This document shows positions 57,128-64,000 of a stretch of 64,000 nucleotides of DNA, in pieces (the stretch's first letter is position 1; each line of letters begins with the position of its first letter). Below the pieces are notes generated by a model. It was not told where the DNA came from. It saw only the letters and a program-made list of their open reading frames with translations, and did not search any database. Source of the stretch: Patescibacteria group bacterium (GTDB taxonomy: Bacteria; Patescibacteriota; Minisyncoccia; Phycocordibacterales; PALSA-1337); the NCBI GenBank assembly GCA_040388415.1, contig JAZKBV010000003.1, positions 47,571 through 111,570 on the forward strand. The letters run 5' to 3'. A program made the translations under genes and the position numbers.

Positions 57128-57898
57128 ATGTCAGACTTCTACAACCCCCGCCGAACACGCAATGTATTTGACCCGCAGAGTGCCGAATACTTCAAAGCGA
57201 GCCGTTCAAAGATAGATCTCTTTTTGAATTGCCCATTGTGCTACTACCTCGATGCGCGCCTCGGTGTCGCTCGTCCTCCTGGTTTTCCATTTTCACTGAA
57301 CTCTGCTGTCGATACGCTCCTCAAAAAAGAGTTCGATATCCTCCGCGAAAAGAAGCGTCCGCATCCGCTCATGCACGCCTTTGGTGTTCGTGATGTCATC
57401 CCATTTGCACATGAAGATATGGATATTTGGCGCTCGAATTTCAAAGGCATCACGTACCTCGACCCTGAGACGAATCTGCTCATTACCGGTGCCGTGGACG
57501 ACGTTTGGATAAATGAAAAAGGGGAACTCATCATCGTTGACTACAAATCGACCAGCAAAGAAGAAAAAGTGACTCTCGATAAAGAATGGCAGATTGGCTA
57601 TAAACGTCAGATGGAAGTGTACCAGTGGCTGTTCCGCAAGAATGGATTCACTGTTTCACCGACAGGATACTTCGTCTATTGCAACGGTAAGACTGATGTG
57701 AAGTCATTTGATGCGAAGCTGGAATTCGATATCGACCTTATCCCTTATACCGGCAATCCCGATTGGATCGAGCCATTGCTCCCAAAAATGAAAGCATGTC
57801 TCATGAGTGAAAAGCCTCCAAAACCGAACACTGAGTGCGACTATTGTCGTTACCGCAAGGCTGCGCGCGATGTGCAGGAAGAGCAGAAGAAGGGGTAG
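57128..57898 (+). CDS. PD-(D/E)XK nuclease family protein (Cas4/AddB-like, probable Fe-S cluster)
   Basis: 'S.S...F..CP.C', 'GAVDD', 'IVDYKS', 'QM..Y', C-terminal 'C..C'. Confidence 0.88.
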   Translation: MSDFYNPRRTRNVFDPQSAEYFKASRSKIDLFLNCPLCYYLDARLGVARPPGFPFSLNSAVDTLLKKEFDILREKKRPHPLMHAFGVRDVIPFAHEDMDIWRSNFKGITYLDPETNLLITGAVDDVWINEKGELIIVDYKSTSKEEKVTLDKEWQIGYKRQMEVYQWLFRKNGFTVSPTGYFVYCNGKTDVKSFDAKLEFDIDLIPYTGNPDWIEPLLPKMKACLMSEKPPKPNTECDYCRYRKAARDVQEEQKKG

Positions 57899-57907
57899 TT
57901 TCACTTT

Positions 57908-58201
57908 CTACGGCGAAACCTCGAAACTATCAACGATAATCTTTGTAATCCCCTCAACATCTTTCGTATAAATAAATACATACTGCACAGCCCCATTACC
58001 ACGAACGACAGCTTTTACGCCTCCACTTATCGGTAAAAATTTTATATCACGTCTACCACCAGACACGTGCCTGATCTCTCCCAGGCTTATTTTAGTTACC
58101 TCGGAAAGTCTGGTGACAAGATTTACCACCTCAGCAGACGCATCAGTTGTCGTACCGTGACTGCTGGTTATTTTGCCACCGAGTTTAGTATTTGGTGCCA
58201 T
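57908..58201 (-). CDS. DUF2103-like small protein
   Basis: 'GKITSSHGT', 'KISLG.I', 'RGNGAVQ...IY'. Confidence 0.6.
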   Translation of the reverse strand: MAPNTKLGGKITSSHGTTTDASAEVVNLVTRLSEVTKISLGEIRHVSGGRRDIKFLPISGGVKAVVRGNGAVQYVFIYTKDVEGITKIIVDSFEVSP

Positions 58202-58216
58202 GGATTTTTATTAACC

Positions 58217-61200
58217 CTACAACACCTTCACTCTCTCCAAGATAAAACCTTTCTCATCATTGCGACTGTTTACTGCCGCTTTGATCGCTAGACACTTATC
58301 TATGACGAGATGCGCAGCAAATTCTTTATAAGATCGAGGGAATACAACAACCTCCGCAGAACCAGAAAAGTCCGCAACGGTCATGAAAGCCATAGTTTCA
58401 TTTTTCTTGGTTTGGATAGGGCGTATAGCCGTGACGATGACAGCTATGACGACAGCATCACCATCTTTCTTTGTTTCCAAAGCCTTTTTAATATTAATAT
58501 CGCTCTTGGTAATGTTGTCGCGGTACTTCTCAAGTGGATGGCCTGAGAGATATAAACCAAGTAACTCCTTTTCCCATGCCAGACGGTCTTTCATATCTAT
58601 TGGCGGTGCAGAAAGAAGTTTGAGTGCAGGTACAGAAGCGCTATCAGCCATCATGCCAAAAAGTGAGGTTTGATCGCTGTGACCTGCTCCGCTTTCTTTG
58701 TTATAGGCCAGAAGAAGATCGAGGTTGCCTAGGAGGACGGCACGGTCTTCACCAAAACAATCGAGCGCGCCGGCTTTGATGAGAGATTCAAGTGATTTTT
58801 TATTGAGATTTCTATCTTTGATACGCTCAAGAAAACTTGAAAGAGAAATGAATGGGCCATTTTTCTTGCGCTCATCGATGATGGTTGTTGCTATGCCTTG
58901 GCCGAAGTTTTTGATTGTCACAAGCCCGAATCGGATACGATCCTTCTTATCTCTTACCTCTTGGCTCTTACCTCCCTTTACGACAGTGAACTGACTAAAG
59001 CTTTCATTGACATCAGGTGGCAATACAGGAATCTCCATACGCTTACATTCTTCGATAGTCTCAGCGACTTTTTCTGTATCGCCAGACTCTGATGATAGTA
59101 CGGCTGAGAGATATATCTCAGGAAAATGAGCTTTGAGGTATGCGGTAATATATGCCACGCGACCGTATGACACTGAGTGAGCTTTGTTGAAACCATAGGC
59201 TGCAAATGGCTCGATCCACTTCCAGACCTCTTTTGCTTTCTTTGGCGACCATTTGCTGTGGCTGATACAACCTTCGATGAACTTCTCTTTTTGCTTAGCC
59301 ATCTCTTCTGGAATCTTTTTACCGACGGCTTTACGAAATTTATCCACTTCGCCCCATGAGTAACCAGCGATGAGATGCGCCATCATGAGAAGGTCATCTT
59401 GGTACACGAGGATGCCGTAGGTCTTGTCGAGGATCTTTTCCAGCATGGGGTCGAGATACTGGATGAGTGAACGGTCATGCTTACGGGCGATATAATCAGG
59501 GATAAAGCCAATAGGACCAGGACGATAGAGGGCCACCATAGCGTTGATATCGTGGATGGTAGTTGGCTTGAGGTCTTTGAGGAAGCGCGTCATACCGTCG
59601 CCGTTCAACTGGAACAGGTCAGCTGTCTCTCCGCGCGCCAGCATTTCAAATGTTTTTTTATCATCGATAGGCACATTTTCATAATCGACAGTAACGCCTT
59701 CGATGGTTTTGATACGGGCGATAGCGTCAGCGATGATGGTCAAGTTTTTGAGGCCGAGGAAGTCGAACTTGAGGAGACCTGCTTCTTCGATGGAATACAT
59801 ATCGTACTGGCTGATGATCTTGCCTTCGCCCTTTGGATCGAACTGGAGCGGAGTAAAATCGGTGAGCGCAGTGGGGGCGATGACGACACCAGCAGCATGG
59901 ACGCCGATGTGACGGGCACATCCTTCGATCTTCAGTGCCATGTCGATGATGCGTCGCGTATCAGGTTCGGTGTCATACATAGTTTTGAGTTCGGGTGTCT
60001 CAGTGAGGGCGCGTTGTATAGTCATGGCGAAGCCTTGTGAACCCATCGGGATCATCTTGGAGATACGATCACCAGTTGCCACAGGGAAACCGAGGGCACG
60101 AGCAACGTCACGGACTGAACCGCGTGCTGCCATCGTTCCGAAGGTACCGATCTGGGCCACTTTTTCCGCACCATATTTTCTGCGAACGTAGCCAATCATC
60201 TCGTCACGGCGGTCATCGGCATAGTCCATATCGATATCAGGGGCTGAAGGACGATCAGGATTCAAGAAACGCTCGAAGGGAATCTCATACTCGATCGGGT
60301 TGATATTGGTAATACCAGAAAGATACGTCACAAGAGAACCAGAGACGGATCCACGAATGTTGGAGAGGATGCCGTTTTCTTTGGCGAAGCGGAGAAGGTC
60401 AGCCACTACGAGGAAGTACGGCGCATATCCTTTGTCGCGGATGACTTTGAGCTCATACTCAGCGCGTTTGACGAGTTCAGGTGTCTGCTCGAGTCCGCGG
60501 ACAGGAAATCCTTCGTATACGAGGTGTTTGAGTTCATCATCGGGTGTGCGTCCACTTTCCACAACGAATGCAGGGAATACCCATTTACCAAGTTCCATTT
60601 CGAACGTACAGCGCTCAACTATTTTCGCAGTATTTTCCAAGGCCTCCGGCATATCACGGAAAAGTTCTTCTGCACGTTCGCCAGAGATAAAAGAAAAATC
60701 ATCTTCATCATTTTCAGACATGCGATCAGATGAGTCGCTGTGACTGTTGACGCGAACGAGGGTCTCACGAGCCAGGCGGTCATCAGGAACCATATAGTAC
60801 ACGTCGTGTGCAGCCATAACAGGGATATTTTGACTCTTGGCGAAAGTAGCGAGAGTTGTCATGTTCACTTCGTGGCCGTCCATCTCAGGGTGGCGAGTGA
60901 TCTCTATGTAAAGGCGATTTTCTTCGGGTGTTTTTCCGCCAAATGTTTTTTTGTACCATTCAGCGATCTCTTTGGCTTTGTCTTGATTTCTGCCCTTGAG
61001 TGCTTGGACTATGTCGCCAGAAAATGAAGGAGAAATAGCGATGAGACCTTCATTGTATTTTTCGAGAAGTTCGCGGTCGATGCGGGGCTTATAGTAAAAG
61101 CCTTCGAGGTGAGAGAGGGTGACGAGGTGAATGAGATTACGATAGCCGGTTTCATTCATGGCGAGGAGGACAAGACGGGTGCGACGATTGTCGATACCAG

Positions 61201-61438
61201 CCTGCATGTCCTTGCGTCCGCGGATTGCCATGAAAAAGTCGACACCGATGATTGGTTTGATCCCGGCTTTCTGGGCGGCTTTGAAGAATTCGATGGCGCC
61301 ATAGAGATTACCGGCATCGGTGAGAGCGAGCGCTGGCATCCCAAACTCGACGGCTTTATCTACGAGTTCATCCACTTTCGGTAAGGCAGAGAGGAGAGAG
61401 TAGTGCGAGTGAGTGTGGAGGTGGGAGAAGCGGGACAT
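58217..61438 (-). CDS. dnaE: DNA polymerase III subunit alpha
   Basis: PHP 'HLHTHSHYSLL', 'FERFLNPDR.S.PDID.D', 'HAAGVVI', 'KFDFLGL', 'YGFNKAHS', OB fold. Confidence 0.98.
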   Translation of the reverse strand: MSRFSHLHTHSHYSLLSALPKVDELVDKAVEFGMPALALTDAGNLYGAIEFFKAAQKAGIKPIIGVDFFMAIRGRKDMQAGIDNRRTRLVLLAMNETGYRNLIHLVTLSHLEGFYYKPRIDRELLEKYNEGLIAISPSFSGDIVQALKGRNQDKAKEIAEWYKKTFGGKTPEENRLYIEITRHPEMDGHEVNMTTLATFAKSQNIPVMAAHDVYYMVPDDRLARETLVRVNSHSDSSDRMSENDEDDFSFISGERAEELFRDMPEALENTAKIVERCTFEMELGKWVFPAFVVESGRTPDDELKHLVYEGFPVRGLEQTPELVKRAEYELKVIRDKGYAPYFLVVADLLRFAKENGILSNIRGSVSGSLVTYLSGITNINPIEYEIPFERFLNPDRPSAPDIDMDYADDRRDEMIGYVRRKYGAEKVAQIGTFGTMAARGSVRDVARALGFPVATGDRISKMIPMGSQGFAMTIQRALTETPELKTMYDTEPDTRRIIDMALKIEGCARHIGVHAAGVVIAPTALTDFTPLQFDPKGEGKIISQYDMYSIEEAGLLKFDFLGLKNLTIIADAIARIKTIEGVTVDYENVPIDDKKTFEMLARGETADLFQLNGDGMTRFLKDLKPTTIHDINAMVALYRPGPIGFIPDYIARKHDRSLIQYLDPMLEKILDKTYGILVYQDDLLMMAHLIAGYSWGEVDKFRKAVGKKIPEEMAKQKEKFIEGCISHSKWSPKKAKEVWKWIEPFAAYGFNKAHSVSYGRVAYITAYLKAHFPEIYLSAVLSSESGDTEKVAETIEECKRMEIPVLPPDVNESFSQFTVVKGGKSQEVRDKKDRIRFGLVTIKNFGQGIATTIIDERKKNGPFISLSSFLERIKDRNLNKKSLESLIKAGALDCFGEDRAVLLGNLDLLLAYNKESGAGHSDQTSLFGMMADSASVPALKLLSAPPIDMKDRLAWEKELLGLYLSGHPLEKYRDNITKSDINIKKALETKKDGDAVVIAVIVTAIRPIQTKKNETMAFMTVADFSGSAEVVVFPRSYKEFAAHLVIDKCLAIKAAVNSRNDEKGFILERVKVL

Positions 61439-61474
61439 GGGAGAAGTATAGCAAATAAGGGGTTTTTACTGTGA

Positions 61475-61502
61475 TTGACATTTATCTAAAAAGTGATATA
61501 AT
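61475..61502 (+). promoter_or_regulatory. sigma70 promoter
   Basis: TTGACA-16 nt-TATAAT with TG extension. Confidence 0.8.
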
Positions 61503-61630
61503 TCACTCAGAACGTTAAAAAATTAACGTGACATTAATGAATCACATCTTTGGTTCATATCGTATGACATCAAGTGTTTTGGTGTAACGATCCATGTTGG
61601 TGATGAAAAATCTCTGAAAGGAGATATAAG

Positions 61631-62116
61631 ATGAAAACAAAAGACGAAAAGTATATTGTAAATTTAGCGAATCAGCTAATCGGAAATTTGAAGGTTCCAA
61701 TCCAGTTGGTATCAGGAGAAATGAATCCTCGGGAGTTTAACCTTCTCTTCAGGAAATGGGGTTTTGGAAGTCGATTGGAAACAATTATTCGGAAAATGAA
61801 TCCGGAAACTCTGGGGCACATCGTTATGCATGCCATAAATGATTACGAGGATTCTTCAGATTTTCGGCGGACGATGTTTCAGGACATTTTCCAGGAAGGA
61901 GAAGTTTTCTTCAAGCGGTCCGATATCGGTCTTCATGTGCTTCAAGAAGTTGCTTATGGAGTAGTTGTTGCGACGATGTATGACATTCTTATCACTGAAT
62001 GGTGGATTGGGAACGTTGAAGAAGGATCTGTTGATCCTGACACTTTAGGTTATAAAACTCGCCCCGCTATGAGAATCTTTGTTCGTTCGGTTCGGTTGCA
62101 TGATTTATTGCAGTAA
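61631..62116 (+). CDS. Hypothetical protein (orphan cassette)
   Basis: AAAGGAG SD; 161 aa; terminator downstream. Confidence 0.7.
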   Translation: MKTKDEKYIVNLANQLIGNLKVPIQLVSGEMNPREFNLLFRKWGFGSRLETIIRKMNPETLGHIVMHAINDYEDSSDFRRTMFQDIFQEGEVFFKRSDIGLHVLQEVAYGVVVATMYDILITEWWIGNVEEGSVDPDTLGYKTRPAMRIFVRSVRLHDLLQ

Positions 62117-62135
62117 TTTGATTTTGTTCTTCATG

Positions 62136-62169
62136 GCCCTTCGCACTCATCATGCGACGGGCTTTTTTT
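62136..62169 (+). terminator. Intrinsic terminator
   Basis: GCCCTTCGCA...TGCGACGGGC-TTTTTTT. Confidence 0.8.
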
Positions 62170-62255
62170 ATTGTTGACCAGCTCTCTGGTCGGGTGTATA
62201 ACTACTTTAGATAAACCAAAGCATAGCCAATGAATGGTTATGCAGAAAGGAAATA

Positions 62256-62777
62256 ATGCCCACTAACACAGAGTTGCTTACAGCTGTGAATAATCTCACT
62301 AAAATCGAACCGGCAAAAGACCTTATTTTGCCCAATCAAAGGACGAAGGGTTGGATTGAGTATATGCATTTAGTGCTCTTCGTTCATCCGGTTGATGGTG
62401 TGTTACGGATTTGGACCGGACACATTACAAGTTTGCCTGGCAGCCACGGTGACGGTTTTGAGATCGACAACGTCGTCAAGACAGTCGTCTGGACTGACCT
62501 ACCGCTCCGGAATTGTGATCGTCTGAATGATTGTCATGAGAAGACATTCAAAGTGAACAACCCGCTTCTTATCCGTCGCGATGAAGTTCACTTTTTCAAG
62601 GATGAAAATCTGGCTCTCAAATGGTTCCATGGAGTCTTGTCACCGGAGGAGATTGGTCTGGTCGTCAAACTTCTTTCAATGGAAGATTTTGGTCTGTCAT
62701 TTCAGGCGCCTGAAATGAAAGGCAGCACTCGGCGATTCGAAGAGGTTCCCAGTGCACAATCCAGCTGGTGGAAATAA
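62256..62777 (+). CDS. Hypothetical protein (orphan cassette)
   Basis: TTGACC-17 nt-TATAAC at 62174-62202; AAAGGA SD. Confidence 0.7.
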   Translation: MPTNTELLTAVNNLTKIEPAKDLILPNQRTKGWIEYMHLVLFVHPVDGVLRIWTGHITSLPGSHGDGFEIDNVVKTVVWTDLPLRNCDRLNDCHEKTFKVNNPLLIRRDEVHFFKDENLALKWFHGVLSPEEIGLVVKLLSMEDFGLSFQAPEMKGSTRRFEEVPSAQSSWWK

Positions 62778-62793
62778 CGCACATTTTGGTTCA

Positions 62794-62827
62794 AGCCCTT
62801 CGCATTCACAACGCGCTGGGCTTTTTT
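62794..62827 (+). terminator. Intrinsic terminator related in sequence to the one at 62136
   Basis: AGCCCTTCGCA...GCGCTGGGCT-TTTTT. Confidence 0.7.
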
Positions 62828-62859
62828 ATTATCTATTACGTAGTAAGATAGTTTTACTT

Positions 62860-63468
62860 ATGAAATCTCTCAAACCCCAATTCCTCATCGGCATAGACGA
62901 AGTGGGACGTGGCCCTATTGCAGGTGCTGTGGCTGTTGGAGCTTTTTGTATTCCAATTAAAAATCTCATCAAAGTCCGCCGCATTTTTCGTGGCGTCAAA
63001 GAGTCAAAGCAATTATCTGAACAGCAGAGGGAAGGATGGTTCGGTATCATTCAACAGAGTCAAAAGGTTGGACTGATCGATTTTGCGGTCACATTTCAAA
63101 GCGAGAAAATCATTGATACAAAAGGTCTGTCGTATGCCATTAAGCGTGCGCTCGCGATTTCCTTAAATACTATCGCTCCTAAACCGGATGTAATCCAAGT
63201 CCTTCTCGATGGAGGTTTGAAAGCACCTGCTGAATTCACGAATCAAAAAACGATCATAAAAGGCGATGAAAAAGAGTTAGTCATTGCACTGGCATCTATT
63301 TGTGCAAAAGTGCTGCGTGATCGAAAAATGAATGCACTGGCGAAGAAATATACTCAATATGGTTTTGAAAAGCATAAAGGATATGGGACCCGCGCGCATT
63401 ATGAAGCGATAAAAAAATATGGGCAGCTTCCCCTTCATCGAACTTCTTTTCTAAAAGCAAAAAGCTAG
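62860..63468 (+). CDS. rnhB: Ribonuclease HII
   Basis: 'IGIDEVGRGP.AG', 'ESK.L', 'LLDG', 'KGD', 'ASI.AKV.RD', 'HKGYGT', 'HR.SF'. Confidence 0.96.
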   Translation: MKSLKPQFLIGIDEVGRGPIAGAVAVGAFCIPIKNLIKVRRIFRGVKESKQLSEQQREGWFGIIQQSQKVGLIDFAVTFQSEKIIDTKGLSYAIKRALAISLNTIAPKPDVIQVLLDGGLKAPAEFTNQKTIIKGDEKELVIALASICAKVLRDRKMNALAKKYTQYGFEKHKGYGTRAHYEAIKKYGQLPLHRTSFLKAKS

Positions 63469-63592
63469 TGGCGTGACAGAAGATGTCATCCGACCACTAG
63501 CGACTCCTTACCGTGCGCAATATGGAACTGACCATTCACATTGTCATATTGCCCAGCCGATTTTATGCTAGCACTAAAATGTAGATTGTACA

Positions 63593-64000
63593 CTAGATGG
63601 TAAAAACCAAGAAAAGTATGAGAAAGGTGATCGCCAAAATAATATTAATTACAACGCCAGTAAGCGTTCCTATCACTCCAACAGTTGCTGCCTTGAGGGC
63701 ATGAGTACTACTCTGTTTTCGTCTCAATTCACCAATGATGATACCGATAAATAGCCCGAGAAATCCCCCAAATAAAGGGAAAATGATCGTGCCAATGATT
63801 GCCCCTGCAATACCATAGAGAAATGTTTTACCACGTGCGCCACCATAGTGTGCGCCGAGGATGCCAGCGAGTTGGTCGATGATTACTGAACAAATGGCAA
63901 TGATGCCGAGGATAAGGAGCTCGTTTAGGCTGAGGCGAGTGAAATGATCGATAAAGCCATATATGAGGGCTACAATAAAGAGATATGGTATACCTGGCAG
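63593..64000 (-). CDS. DUF456-like membrane protein, 5'-truncated by the window end
   Basis: Manual translation 'LPGIPYLFIVALIYGF...GILGAHYGGA...GAIIG...GLFIGIIIGEL' ending at TAG 63595-63593. Confidence 0.75.
   Translation of the reverse strand: MPGIPYLFIVALIYGFIDHFTRLSLNELLILGIIAICSVIIDQLAGILGAHYGGARGKTFLYGIAGAIIGTIIFPLFGGFLGLFIGIIIGELRRKQSSTHALKAATVGVIGTLTGVVINIILAITFLILFLVFTI

Noticed and set aside
57128-57898. Cas4-like nuclease as a sign of CRISPR-Cas
   Set aside because: No repeat-spacer array or other cas genes are seen in the window; solo PD-(D/E)XK nucleases are common.
58310-61384. Many plus-strand ORFs opposite dnaE, and similar shadow ORFs over pyk, mraY, the RND gene and secA
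   Set aside because: They are antisense or alternate-frame shadows of well-supported genes and show no protein motifs.

Overview
A 64-kb bacterial chromosomal segment whose gene content and style point to a Patescibacteria/CPR (Parcubacteria-like) genome; this is inference from the DUF5671-like protein, stand-alone VirD4-like ATPase, truncated UDP-Glc dehydrogenase and mostly SD-less starts. It holds housekeeping genes (pyk, radC, rsmI, murB, secA, obgE, dnaE, rnhB, tRNA-Ile) and a ~24-kb surface-glycan locus with a gmd-colD-fcl (GDP-colitose-type) pathway, a Wzx flippase and an O-antigen-ligase/TPR protein. It also holds an unusual cell-wall cluster (degenerate MurD, PLP enzyme, LysW-like carrier, Mpl, aa-tRNA transferase, MraY, NlpC/P60, ATP-grasp). 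The best candidate for a new system is at 52576-55828 (minus strand): an OmpR-type regulator, a 32-aa peptide ending GG|AYAPWNS, a membrane histidine kinase and a ComQ-like isoprenyl transferase, with 11-bp-periodic operator repeats in front of the peptide gene. This looks like a rearranged ComQXPA-like prenylated-peptide quorum-sensing circuit. Also notable are about ten self-contained promoter-orphan ORF-terminator cassettes with shared end motifs, several structured-RNA candidates, and 7-bp-period repeats inserted in core genes. All calls come from reading motifs by eye; no database searches were run.
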